Notes: a model not told the origin generated them from the sequence alone. Counted from the stretch's first letter, positions 16,985-26,537 are shown. The stretch is 64,000 nucleotides of DNA from an uncultured Candidatus Saccharibacteria bacterium (GCA_964612745.1 CAZTCH010000001.1:6074-70073), one strand, 5' to 3'. Translations and numbers: made by a program.

Positions 16985-17026
16985 GGGTGAACACTATGAC
17001 TGTATTTAGTATAGCAAGTAGCTACG

Positions 17027-17169
17027 AATCTACGAATACCTACAAATCTACGGATGCCTACGGATAAATGCAGATGCGTACTAATCTACGAATACCTACA
17101 AATCTACGGATGCCTACGGATAAATGCAGATGCGTACTAATCTACGAATACCTACAAATCTACGGATGC
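17027..17169. repeat. 56-bp exact tandem repeat, about 2.5 copies
   Basis: Unit aatctacgaatacctacaaatctacggatgcctacggataaatgcagatgcgtact starts at 17027, 17083 and 17139 (partial). Confidence 0.9.
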
Positions 17170-17211
17170 TGGCTGATCTACGAATTATTCGTGGGTATTC
17201 GTAGCCCTGTC

Positions 17212-17958
17212 TTAATTCGTTGATTCGTTGTGTGTTGATTCGCTGCTCTCTTCGACGCGGCGGATGGTAATGTCTGTAAAGAGTGCGTCTTGTTCGACGC
17301 TGAATATGCGTTGCTTAATCAGTTCCAGCAGGGCCAAGAATGTCACAATAACTTCCGATTTATTTTTCGCTTGGGAAATAATACTGGAGAGCTTCGTCTC
17401 TATTTGTTTGGCAAGCAGTCCTTGCAAGTGCGTAATCTTTTCTTGAATAGAGATTGCTTCTTTAATGCGTGCCTTAGGCAATGCATCTAGCTCTTTTAAG
17501 TTAGTCAGTACTTTCATGACTGCATTTTGCAGTTCGCTTGTCGTGACGCTTTGGTCTGGAAAAAAACTGATGCGCTGCGAAAATACTAGAGTCCGAGTAA
17601 AGCTTTGTTGCTGCAGTGCGTCGAGCACTTTAAGGTGGCGCGCTACTTCGCGGAACTGTTTGTAGAGTAAGAGCTGGGTTTCCAGCGGGACTCCGGCGTC
17701 ATCTTCCTCTATGTCTACTTCTAACGTCGGCAAAATTGCTTTGGACTTTATGACGAGTAACTTTGCAGCAATTGCTAAGTAGTCAGACAACGAGGTTGGG
17801 TCTAGTTCTTCTAATTGTCGAACATACTGCAAAAACTGCTCGGTGACTTGCGCCAAAGAGACTTCGGTAATATTGAGCTTCTGGTTTTCTATTAACGACA
17901 ACAGCAAGTCCAGTGGTCCTTCGAACTGTTGTTTTTCTAATGTAATAACGTGTGACAT
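17212..17958 (-). CDS. scpA: Segregation and condensation protein ScpA
   Basis: FEGPLDLLLSLI, AAKLLVIKSKAILP, VTFLALLELIK. Confidence 0.93.
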   Translation of the reverse strand: MSHVITLEKQQFEGPLDLLLSLIENQKLNITEVSLAQVTEQFLQYVRQLEELDPTSLSDYLAIAAKLLVIKSKAILPTLEVDIEEDDAGVPLETQLLLYKQFREVARHLKVLDALQQQSFTRTLVFSQRISFFPDQSVTTSELQNAVMKVLTNLKELDALPKARIKEAISIQEKITHLQGLLAKQIETKLSSIISQAKNKSEVIVTFLALLELIKQRIFSVEQDALFTDITIRRVEESSESTHNESTN

Positions 17959-17999
17959 GTGGAAAAGTATATAAGCAAGTGCTGTATAGGTAGTATACC

Positions 18000-19484
18000 T
18001 TACCTTGCACTGGTTTGGCTTGTGGAGTTCTTTGGTGAACTGGCATTCTTAACTATTTGCACATATATCGAGATGTGGAACCCAACAACGAGTATGGTAA
18101 CGGGTACTAAAATCCATGCAGGGACAAACAGACTGGCAGCCCAGAGTGTGACCACGCCATAGCCAAGGCTACACAGCGCTACCATGGTGCTACGCAGGAA
18201 ACTTGGACGGGTTGCTGCAGGAAGGGTGTGGTTCAGCCGCAACACCAGTGGCGGGTAGAGCCACATAGTAAATGCTCCAAGGCAGGCAGAAGTCACGAGC
18301 AAGAAGAACGGTTGCTTGAACTGTGGCACCACCAAAGACAGAAGCAAGATAGCCACACCAACCAGTGCGGTGACCGCGCTAATTATTTGGTGGTTGGCCA
18401 GCTTAGGTAGGTTGTAGCGCTTAGCGACTGGGGCAATAATGCGGGCAAAGAGTCTGCCAGTCGCATCTAAGATAACCAAGTTCGCCATTATAAATAACAA
18501 CATGCTGCCCACACCAAACAAAGTGCCAAGGTGGGGGAACGTGTCGTTAAGTGTGAGGATTTCTGCACGCAACACCCCAAAGCCTTGCGCGGTACCGAGG
18601 GGGAGCAAGAGTCGCCCCAAGTATGCCAGTAGGAAAATAGTAATAACGTTCGCCCCCAAAAAGAGTAAGCTGTGTTCTTTGTTGATTGCAGTAAACCAGC
18701 GCTTGAAATTGGAAACAGATTCTGCGCTCTCTAGTTCAATTTGAGTAGTGTTGCTTGAAGCATCCAAAGATTTTGTCAGAGAGACGGAAAGCTCTGCGCT
18801 GTTGCCGTATCCTTTGTCTTTTATCCACTCACTTTGTACTAAGTTCAAAATACCGGCAACACCACCATATGCCAGTGCTGCGACAAAGTCGAAGCGAGGG
18901 AGTCCTTGGGGTAAGTAGCCAAAATTAACCAGTCCTTTGAGACCTTCCCAAAACAAAGCGAGGTCAAACTTGATTACCACTACAAGGAGGATAATGAGCA
19001 GGGATAGTGTAAGTCCAACGCGCGAAATTTTTTCTAGTGCTTTGTAAACGTCCGGTCGGCGAAAAAGGAGTAAGGACAAAAGGAGGAGTGCAACAGCGAG
19101 TACCAGTCCAACTGTGCGCTCTTGTTGTGCCGGTACACCAGCCACCACTGCAATAATGTTACCGGCAGTAGTCATCCACGCGGGCCACACCTGTGCAGCA
19201 AGTGCAGTAACGCCAAAGACAAGTGCCAGCCACGCTTTGTTCTCGGTAAGGGCGGAAGCAATGTGTTTACCGGTTACCAGCGTGTAGCGCTCTATCTCTA
19301 TGTTTACAAAATATTGAAAGACTAAAATAATGGATACCGGCCACAAAATAGCCAGTCCAAAGTTGGCAACAAGGCTTGGCCACAGGAGCATTTCCCCACC
19401 GTTAATGGACAGTGCTACAAACACGACGCTAGGGCCCAGCATGGCGAGGAGAGTTTTGGTGAGAGGTGGGAAGGGTTTTTGCAT
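18000..19484 (-). CDS. Nramp-like/APC-fold membrane transporter
   Basis: LGPSVVFVALSINGGEMLLWP, NIEIERYTLVTG, about 12 TM. Confidence 0.7.
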   Translation of the reverse strand: MQKPFPPLTKTLLAMLGPSVVFVALSINGGEMLLWPSLVANFGLAILWPVSIILVFQYFVNIEIERYTLVTGKHIASALTENKAWLALVFGVTALAAQVWPAWMTTAGNIIAVVAGVPAQQERTVGLVLAVALLLLSLLLFRRPDVYKALEKISRVGLTLSLLIILLVVVIKFDLALFWEGLKGLVNFGYLPQGLPRFDFVAALAYGGVAGILNLVQSEWIKDKGYGNSAELSVSLTKSLDASSNTTQIELESAESVSNFKRWFTAINKEHSLLFLGANVITIFLLAYLGRLLLPLGTAQGFGVLRAEILTLNDTFPHLGTLFGVGSMLLFIMANLVILDATGRLFARIIAPVAKRYNLPKLANHQIISAVTALVGVAILLLSLVVPQFKQPFFLLVTSACLGAFTMWLYPPLVLRLNHTLPAATRPSFLRSTMVALCSLGYGVVTLWAASLFVPAWILVPVTILVVGFHISIYVQIVKNASSPKNSTSQTSAR

Positions 19485-19488
19485 AAAA

Positions 19489-20601
19489 TTAGAACCAGTT
19501 GCTTATTTGTAATTTCGCTGGATACAGGGCGCCATAAGCGGTGAAGGCAAGATACGCGAGATACAGCCCTATAAGCGCATACCCTGAGCTGCGCGAGATG
19601 TGGAAGCGTTTAATAAGAAATACAAAGAGCACTGCAATAACCGTACCGAAGAGTAAGAATACTGATGACATAAGGCTTTCTGTGGCAATAGGGACGGATT
19701 TTCCTGTAAACAGAATGTACCCAAACCAAGGCAGCCCCAAACAAATAAGCACATCGAAAATATTGCTACCGACAGCATTGCTTACCGCCATATCTCCACG
19801 ACCTTGTTTTGCCACTATAAGAGAGGCAAGTAAATCTGGTACCGATGTACCGCCAGCGAGAATGGTTAGCGCCACAATCGCTTGTGGTATGCCTAAGTCA
19901 CCAGCCAATGCTACGCCTAATTCAACCAGAGCCCAACTGAGCGCAATAATCCAACCAATAGAAATGGTAAAAGTCAGTGGGTATTTTTCTGGATGCTTGT
20001 CTAGATTGGGGAAGGTTTTCTCTAGTATGGTGTCGACGTGCTTCAGGGCTGCACTGAAAACAGTTCTTGGTTTTTGGACTTCCGTTGCTCGTTCTACTGC
20101 TTCTTCTATCGCTTTGAGTTGTGTGGTGACTGGTGCTGGTTTGTGCCACTTGCTCCACGAAGCGAGAACGACTATGTATAGTGCGTATATCGCTAAGTAG
20201 AACGCTGTTTCGGTAAGGGTAATGTGCCCATCTCGAAAGGTAAAAAGCATAACCAGTATGGAGAGCACGTAAAATGTCATGTCTCTCAGTACTGGTTGCC
20301 AACGAACGTATGCACGTGCGACTACTGCTGAGCCACCTATTATGACAAGGATATTGAAAATGGCAGAGCCGACAATAGTGCCCGCGCCAATATCTTCTGC
20401 ACCAATTTTGAACAGTGCAAGCAGTGCCGTAAAAAATTCAGGGGCAGAGGTACCAATTGCCATGAATGTAGCCCCTGCGACATCTTCTGAAAGCTTTAGT
20501 TTTTTTGCGATAATGTCTAAACTTTGTACGAAGTACTGGTCACAAATTTTAGCAAGAAGGTAAAAGCAAAGTATAAGTCCAGCAAGGTAGAGTAAAATCA
20601 T
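19489..20601 (-). CDS. Calcium/sodium antiporter (NCKX/YrbG-like)
   Basis: VAGATFMAIGTSAPE, GTIVGSAIFNI, AGGTSVPD, SNAVGSNIFD. Confidence 0.92.
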   Translation of the reverse strand: MILLYLAGLILCFYLLAKICDQYFVQSLDIIAKKLKLSEDVAGATFMAIGTSAPEFFTALLALFKIGAEDIGAGTIVGSAIFNILVIIGGSAVVARAYVRWQPVLRDMTFYVLSILVMLFTFRDGHITLTETAFYLAIYALYIVVLASWSKWHKPAPVTTQLKAIEEAVERATEVQKPRTVFSAALKHVDTILEKTFPNLDKHPEKYPLTFTISIGWIIALSWALVELGVALAGDLGIPQAIVALTILAGGTSVPDLLASLIVAKQGRGDMAVSNAVGSNIFDVLICLGLPWFGYILFTGKSVPIATESLMSSVFLLFGTVIAVLFVFLIKRFHISRSSGYALIGLYLAYLAFTAYGALYPAKLQISNWF

Positions 20602-20690
20602 GGCTACAGATTTTGTTAGTGTTTGTTATGTACGTATAGGGTACGCACTGATTCTAAATACGGATTTCTTTGGTGGGTGCTATTTGTAAG

Positions 20691-21611
20691 CTACAGCTTT
20701 TTTGGGAACAGCACAGAGAGGAGCAAGGAAGCGGCGAGTGCTGCCATGATGATCGCAAAAGACACGATAGACGAAAGGTGTATGCCAAACATGACTGCCA
20801 GCATTTTTGCACCAATAAAAACTAGAATGAACGACAATCCTTTTTGGAGGTGGTGGAATTTGTGTACCACACCTTCTATTAAAAAGAATAGTGCACGCAG
20901 CCCCATGACCGCAAAAATGTTAGAAGTGAACACCAAGAACGGGTCTTGGGAAATAGAAAATGCTGCGGGGATAGAGTCGATGGCAAAAATTATGTCTGTG
21001 GTTTCTACCAAAATTACAATCATGAGCAGGAGTGTGGCGTAGAGTTTGCCATTTTCGCGCACAAAAAAGTGCCCGCCGTGGTGGTTGGTGGTAAAGCGTA
21101 GTGCTTTGTGCGCGAGTTTGTAGACTTTGCTATTACCAAAGTCGGCGTGTTCTTCTTGTTTGTCTTGCAGGAGCTTAAACCCTGTGTACACTAAAATTGC
21201 ACCAAAGATATACAGCACCCAGTGGAACTGACTCACAATGTAGCTACCCGTTAAAATAAACGCACCGCGGAATACAATAGCCCCCAAGATACCCCAAAAC
21301 AACACACGGTGGTGGTATTTCTCTTCTAGTTTAAAATAGCTAAACAAAAGCAGGATAACGAACAGGTTGTCTACCGAGAGCATTTTTTCGGTTACGTAGG
21401 CAGACAAAAACTGTGTGCCTGCTTCTGCGCCGAGCATGCGAAATACGAGCCCAGAAAAACCCAGCGCTATACAAATCCAAAATAGTGACTGGTAGGCAGC
21501 GGACTTCAGCGAAATTTTGTGCGCTTGGCGGTTAAAGTACCCAAGGTCGGCTACCAAAAATCCAACAATAATTGCGCCGAATATGGCAAAGAGTATTTGT
21601 TCTGGTGTCAT
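20691..21611 (-). CDS. TerC/Alx family metal homeostasis membrane protein
   Basis: EKMLSVDNLFV, HRVLFWGILGAIVFR, ETTDIIFAIDSIPA, TSNIFAVMGLRALFF. Confidence 0.93.
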   Translation of the reverse strand: MTPEQILFAIFGAIIVGFLVADLGYFNRQAHKISLKSAAYQSLFWICIALGFSGLVFRMLGAEAGTQFLSAYVTEKMLSVDNLFVILLLFSYFKLEEKYHHRVLFWGILGAIVFRGAFILTGSYIVSQFHWVLYIFGAILVYTGFKLLQDKQEEHADFGNSKVYKLAHKALRFTTNHHGGHFFVRENGKLYATLLLMIVILVETTDIIFAIDSIPAAFSISQDPFLVFTSNIFAVMGLRALFFLIEGVVHKFHHLQKGLSFILVFIGAKMLAVMFGIHLSSIVSFAIIMAALAASLLLSVLFPKKL

Positions 21612-21684
21612 TTTTTAGAAGTAAAGAGTTCGATTTTTTCCGCTTTTCCAAAGAGGGGCTAGGGGAGTTTGGCTGACTTTTGAA

Positions 21685-22071
21685 TTAGTAGTGTTGTAAA
21701 GAAAAATAAAACCACACAAATGCAGCTGCTAAAGCTTGCAAAAGGATAACTATGAATACTCGTATTCGAGAAAGGTTAAATTTTGTCTGTAAGTACACCA
21801 TGCACAGTAACCAGAGGTAAATTACAGTCAATCCTATATGCAAAGCTCCAGAGAGTATGAGTGTTGTGAAGAATACAATATCTCGCGGTGCACCACAATG
21901 CACGCAGTCGGATGAGAGGTTTGGCGACAATAAAAAACTCAAGAGTAAGAAGCAAAGTGTAACTATGATTGAGAAGGAAAAAAATATTTTGAAGAGTCCA
22001 TTTACATTTTTGTACGGAGAATAAGTTGGGGCTTGGTTGGCAGGATTGTTGTTCACGATATTGTTTTGCAT
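21685..22071 (-). CDS. Hypothetical membrane protein (3 TM, CxxC loop)
   Basis: 128-aa AT-rich ORF between two direct copies of the DUF559-flanking repeat. Confidence 0.55.
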   Translation of the reverse strand: MQNNIVNNNPANQAPTYSPYKNVNGLFKIFFSFSIIVTLCFLLLSFLLSPNLSSDCVHCGAPRDIVFFTTLILSGALHIGLTVIYLWLLCMVYLQTKFNLSRIRVFIVILLQALAAAFVWFYFSLQHY

Positions 22072-22114
22072 AGTGTTTTGTTCCCCCTCTTTTCCAAAGA
22101 GGGGCTAGGGGAGT

Positions 22115-22489
22115 TTACTGTGGGCGTAACGAGTTAATGGTATTTACCAGTTTTTGGTGCACACCGTCATTATTTTCTAAGACATCATTATTCCAAAATC
22201 GTAACACATGTACGCCTATGTTTGCGAGGTAGTGGCTTCGTTCTTCATCGTTCGAAATTCCTGTGGGGGTGTTGTGTTGTCCACCATCTAGCTCTATGGC
22301 AAGTAGTATTTCTGGGCAGTAGAAATCGAGAATGTAATTTCCTACGCTGTACTGCCGAAAGAATTTCAGGTTTTGTATGTTGCGGTTACGAACCGTGTTC
22401 CACACTATTTTTTCCGCAGGTGTTTGGTTGTGCCGAAGTTGTCTTCTGAGTGGTTTGAGGCTCGGGTTGTTGTAGAGGGTGGTTTTCAC
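22115..22489 (-). CDS. DUF559 (Vsr-like) endonuclease domain protein
   Basis: RRQLRHNQTPAEKIVW, KFFRQY, YILDFYC, IELDGGQH, VLRFWNNDV. Confidence 0.92.
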   Translation of the reverse strand: MKTTLYNNPSLKPLRRQLRHNQTPAEKIVWNTVRNRNIQNLKFFRQYSVGNYILDFYCPEILLAIELDGGQHNTPTGISNDEERSHYLANIGVHVLRFWNNDVLENNDGVHQKLVNTINSLRPQ

Positions 22490-22634
22490 GGTGTTTGTGT
22501 GAATGGAACTCCCCTAACCCCTCTTTGGAAAAGAGGGGGATAAAGACATGAGGTCTTTGGGTTTGCGGGCCGGGTCATGTCCCTCTCTTAATTATAAGAG
22601 AGGCTAGGTGAGTTTAATTAATCTAAAACAATAC

Positions 22635-22679
22635 GATGGGCACCATCTGTCCGCCGGCTGGCGACAGATGGTGCCCATC
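22635..22679. repeat. GATGGGCACCATCT element, copy 2
   Basis: gatgggcaccatctgtc...gacagatggtgcccatc. Confidence 0.8.
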
Positions 22680-22689
22680 AACGGAGGGG

Positions 22690-24462
22690 TTATGCCTTCT
22701 TTTCTCTTATGTCTATTTTAATGTGTAGGTCTGCGAGTTGTTTGGCGTCTACGGTACTTGGGGCAGACATCATGAGGTCTTCTGCGGAGCCATTCTTTGG
22801 GAACGCAATAACTTCGCGAATGTTTGGTTCGTCGCGTAGTACCATGAACAAACGGTCGAGTCCAAAGGCGCAACCACCGTGTGGTGGTGCACCAAACTCA
22901 AACGCACGAATCATGCCGCCGAAACGTTCGTCTACTGTGGCTTTGTCTATGCCCACAATTTCAAATGCTTTGTACATGACTTCTGGGTTGTAGTTGCGAA
23001 TAGCGCCACTGCAAATTTCGTACCCGTTGGCGACCATATCGTACTGGTCTGCTTTAATTTGGAGTGGGTCTTGTGAAGCGAGTGCTTCGAGCCCGCCTTG
23101 TGGCATGGAGAATGGGTTGTGGGAGAAATCCACTTTTTGTTCGGAGTCGCTCCATTCGTACATTGGGAAATTGGTAATCCACGCGAGTGCAACGACGTTT
23201 GGATCTTTGAGCCCAAAGTCTTCGCCAAGCTGGCTACGAAGTTTGCCCAATACTTTGTTTACAACGCTTCGTTCGTCTGTACCAAAGAAAATAATGTCAC
23301 CATCTACAGCTTCTGTGCGAGAGATAATTGCCGCTATTTCTGTTTCGTTTAGGAACTTGAGGATTGGTGATTTCTTTTCTCCATTTTCGAGGACAATGTA
23401 TGCCAAACCACCAGCGCCTTCTTTGCGCACGAGTTCGGTTAAGGTGTCTATTTGGCTGCGGGAAAGTTTTGCTCCACCTACACAACGAATGGCTTTTACA
23501 CATCCACCATTTTTAATGGCGTTCGCAAAGACACTAAACTGGGTTTCGCGTAGCTCTTCGGTTAGCTCTACCATTTCCATGTCAAAGCGTAAATCTGGTT
23601 TGTCGCTGCCGTACTTCTCCATTGCTTCTGCATAGGGAATACGAGGGACAGGTTTGTGTAATACTTTTTTGCCGGCAAAGTCTTCTACTAGGGAAATAAT
23701 GAGCGGCTCAATTTCGTTCCAAATGGTTTCGCCAGTTTCGGCGAAGCTCATTTCGAGGTCGAGTTGATAAAACTCTCCAGGGTGGCGGTCGGCGCGAGGG
23801 TCTTCGTCACGAAAACAAGGAGCGATTTGGTAGTAGCGAGGCAGTCCACCAACCATCAGTAACTGTTTGAATTGTTGTGGTGCTTGCGGGAGCGCATAGA
23901 ACTTTCCTGGGTGAATACGGCTTGGGACCAAGTAGTCACGAGCACCTTCGGGGGAGCTAGAGGTCAAAATTGGAGTGGTGACTTCTACAAAGTCGTGGTT
24001 GGTCATGTAGTTGCGGATGTGCATGTTGTACTGCGCACGGCTCTTGAGCATTTGCTGCATTTTTGCACGACGCAAATCCAAAAAGCGATATTGCAACCGC
24101 AGGTCTTCGTTTACGTTGACGTCGCTAAATACAGGGAATGGTAGTGGTTTGCTGGTGTTCAGGATTTGTAATTCTGAAACGACTAACTCCACCGTGCCAG
24201 TCGCAATGTTCGGGTTGACGAGTGCTGCGTCTCTTTGAGTTACGGTAGCGGTGGCACGCAACACAAATTCGTCGCGTACTTTGCTTGCGGTGGCAAATGC
24301 GTCTGCGGTTTCTGGGTGCACGGTAAGCTGCACAACACCGGTGTGATCGCGAAGGTCGATGAATATAAGGCCGCCGTGGTCACGGGTAGAAGAAGCCCAA
24401 CCAGAAACGGTGACTGTTTCTCCAACGTGCTGGAGAGTTTCGAGAGATAATGTTCGAGGCAT
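22690..24462 (-). CDS. aspS: Aspartate--tRNA ligase
   Basis: RDHGGLIFIDLRD, PEGARDY, ALPQAPQQFKQLLM, CFRDEDPRADR, GAPPHGGCAFGLDR. Confidence 0.97.
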   Translation of the reverse strand: MPRTLSLETLQHVGETVTVSGWASSTRDHGGLIFIDLRDHTGVVQLTVHPETADAFATASKVRDEFVLRATATVTQRDAALVNPNIATGTVELVVSELQILNTSKPLPFPVFSDVNVNEDLRLQYRFLDLRRAKMQQMLKSRAQYNMHIRNYMTNHDFVEVTTPILTSSSPEGARDYLVPSRIHPGKFYALPQAPQQFKQLLMVGGLPRYYQIAPCFRDEDPRADRHPGEFYQLDLEMSFAETGETIWNEIEPLIISLVEDFAGKKVLHKPVPRIPYAEAMEKYGSDKPDLRFDMEMVELTEELRETQFSVFANAIKNGGCVKAIRCVGGAKLSRSQIDTLTELVRKEGAGGLAYIVLENGEKKSPILKFLNETEIAAIISRTEAVDGDIIFFGTDERSVVNKVLGKLRSQLGEDFGLKDPNVVALAWITNFPMYEWSDSEQKVDFSHNPFSMPQGGLEALASQDPLQIKADQYDMVANGYEICSGAIRNYNPEVMYKAFEIVGIDKATVDERFGGMIRAFEFGAPPHGGCAFGLDRLFMVLRDEPNIREVIAFPKNGSAEDLMMSAPSTVDAKQLADLHIKIDIREKKA

Positions 24463-24594
24463 AGTGTTATTGAAACTTAAAAATTAAAACGCAAAAGTCA
24501 AAACTGCAACTAAAAACTTTTAACTGACTAGTGTGCTTTTAGTTTTGAGTTTTGATTTGAAGTGTTGACTTTGCACTTTTGAGTTTTGACTTAA

Positions 24595-24920
24595 TAAAAA
24601 CAAAAACGTTCTTACAAAATAACCATTTAAAAAAATGATTACGTTGTAAGGACGTTCAAATATGACGTGGTGCCACCTTACTTTGCTCGGCAGTATGCCA
24701 AGGACTTCATTGTCGCCCTTCGACATGCTCTCCTCGAGTCTGAGCGACCTCGGAGTCGATGACAGGGCTTTCAGCGATAACGGGCGTTCCCGGAAGGGTC
24801 TACTAATCAGTGCGAAGTGCTTAGTTCTTAGTGCTTAGGAAGCTTTGCACTAAGTACTGAGTACTCAGAACTAATGTTCTGCCTTCAGCTCGGCTGTGTT
24901 TGCAGCGTCTGTGCTTGTAA
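24595..24920 (-). promoter_or_regulatory. T-box riboswitch leader of aspS
   Basis: Minus strand: AAGGTGGCACCACG (24679-24666) with partner CGTCCTT; competing terminator acgtccttacaa/ttgtaagaacgt plus U tract; AGTAGACC...GCCCGTTATCGC stem II/IIA-B-like; TATAAT upstream. Confidence 0.8.
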
Positions 24921-24980
24921 AGTAATTATAGAACATTGGGCTTGGGGAGGCAATAGGAGGGGAGGGGTAGGAGGAGGGGC

Positions 24981-25082
24981 GTTAGACGGGCATCTTCTAA
25001 CGTACGAGTCTTTAGTTGTGTAATGCTGATAATGTTCCTGCCGAGCATATAACTACCATTTGTTAGAAGATGCCCATCTAAC
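24981..25082. repeat. Diverged GATGGGCA element, copy 3 (long spacer)
   Basis: gttagacgggcatcttctaac ... gttagaagatgcccatctaac. Confidence 0.7.
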
Positions 25083-25152
25083 TTTTTCGGTTGAATAAAA
25101 AAAGAAGACGGAGAAGCGCAGCGTGGGGCTGGGATCTCCGTCAGGGGGGCGT

Positions 25153-25359
25153 TTACTTTTGGGGCTTTTCGAAACCTGTGATTTGGGGGACCTTGTTTGT
25201 CCCCTTCGTTGCTCTTGTGCTCCAGCTGAGCCTCAAGGCTCCTTCGCTGTAGACGCAATCTGCGTGAGCTGGGATTGGTACAATATTCGGCAATCGATTG
25301 CCTACTCTATGATCGAACTTGAAAATGGCACATTTGCATTGAAGTGTGAAGATGTACAT
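25153..25359 (-). CDS. Small hypothetical protein (68 aa)
   Basis: AGGAGG SD upstream of ATG; MYIFTLQCKC... Confidence 0.4.
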   Translation of the reverse strand: MYIFTLQCKCAIFKFDHRVGNRLPNIVPIPAHADCVYSEGALRLSWSTRATKGTNKVPQITGFEKPQK

Positions 25360-25495
25360 AAAAAATCCTCCTGAGATTCTTTTCGAAATTGCCGAACTGT
25401 TTTTCGGCAATGCATTGTACGATATTTTGCCCACATGTGTCAACTTACGTGTGACGGTGTGGTATACTATTTTTTAGAATTTTCTATAGAGAGAT

Positions 25496-25561
25496 ATGTT
25501 AAAAAAGATCGTACTAGACTTGGAGACTCATCCAGCCTTCGCCAAGGCTTCGGCGGATTAA
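25496..25561 (+). pseudogene. Truncated duplicate of the 5' end of the downstream RNase H-like gene
   Basis: MLKKIVLDLETH then REP-like sequence and stop; same agagagat leader as the 25602 gene. Confidence 0.7.
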
Positions 25562-25601
25562 TACAAGATACTTTTTGTTTTTCGTTTATTTAAAGAGAGA
25601 T

Positions 25602-26180
25602 ATGTTAAAAAAGATTGTCCTAGATTTAGAAACTCAAAATTCGTTTGCAGATGTGGGTGGGAGAGGAAAAAACCACTTGCTCAAGATTTCGGTGTGCGGA
25701 GTGTATTTTTACGAAACAGACACATACGTGTGCTACGAAGAACACGAGCTTTCCAAACTGGCACCGCTCTTGCAAACTGCGGATCAGATTATTGGGTATA
25801 ACATTAAAGACTTTGACTTCGAAGTGTTGCAGCCGTACTTGAATTTTAATATTTTCGATATTCCGTATTTAGACGTGTTGCAAGAAATAGAAAAATCTAT
25901 TGGTCACCGTGTGAAGCTCGAGTCAGTTGCCCAAGCAACGCTCGGCACGGGGAAGTCGGGGACCGGTTTGCAAGCGATTGTGTACTGGCGAGAAGGTAAG
26001 TTAAACGAACTAAAAAGTTATTGTTTGGATGACGTAAAAGTAACCAAGCAAGTGTACGAGTACGGCATGAAACATGGAAAAGTTTTGTACTCGGACTATT
26101 TTAATACAAAAGAATGCCCCGTAACGTTCGTAGAACCGAACGCACGGGGCGAGGTGCTTCACCAAGGAAGCTTGTTTTAA
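25602..26180 (+). CDS. RNase H-like (YprB / RNase_H_2, DEDDy-type) exonuclease domain protein
   Basis: IVLDLET, IGYNIKDFDF, YCLDDV. Confidence 0.85.
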   Translation: MLKKIVLDLETQNSFADVGGRGKNHLLKISVCGVYFYETDTYVCYEEHELSKLAPLLQTADQIIGYNIKDFDFEVLQPYLNFNIFDIPYLDVLQEIEKSIGHRVKLESVAQATLGTGKSGTGLQAIVYWREGKLNELKSYCLDDVKVTKQVYEYGMKHGKVLYSDYFNTKECPVTFVEPNARGEVLHQGSLF

Positions 26181-26521
26181 CGTACTATTTCAATCGTAAG
26201 TATGGGGTGCTGACCTGTATCGGTGATACACAACTCACTTACAGATATGGATCTTAGATACGCATGTAAAATGGTTTTCGTCGTTTCGGCATCAATACCT
26301 TTTGTAGGTATGTTTTCAGTCGTTCCTACAGAAGTTTTTAGATTCGCACAGAGTTCGTTATTTTGCAAAAATAGCAACGCTAATTGGATTATCTGTGCTT
26401 TGTCATTGCTTTGCCACACGACAAGGGTGTGGGTTAAGTAGTCTTTTAGGGCATCAGCGTGGCGAAACTTTTCCGCCGACTGCTGCTTACCTTTTCGGTG
26501 ACCAAGGAAAACATTGTACAT
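26177..26521 (-). CDS. Hypothetical protein
   Basis: Open frame, no recognised motif. Confidence 0.4.
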   Translation of the reverse strand: MYNVFLGHRKGKQQSAEKFRHADALKDYLTHTLVVWQSNDKAQIIQLALLFLQNNELCANLKTSVGTTENIPTKGIDAETTKTILHAYLRSISVSELCITDTGQHPILTIEIVR

Positions 26522-26537
26522 TGCTTGCCTCCAAGAG

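Larger units (their letters stand above)
21643..22615. repeat. CCCCTCTTTTCCAAAGAGGGGCTAGGGGAGTT palindromic repeat family around the DUF559 gene
   Basis: Copies at 21643-21670, 22083-22116, inverted 22508-22539, variant 22581-22615. Confidence 0.8.

Noticed and set aside
17027-17169. Possible CRISPR array
   Set aside because: Units are identical end to end with no unique spacers, and no cas genes are present
21611-21690. yybP-ykoY manganese riboswitch upstream of terC
   Set aside because: The short upstream region is occupied by a repeat; no recognisable motif
24926-25258. 110-aa ORF upstream of the aspS leader
   Set aside because: Runs through a terminator-like hairpin and a repeat element; no coding features
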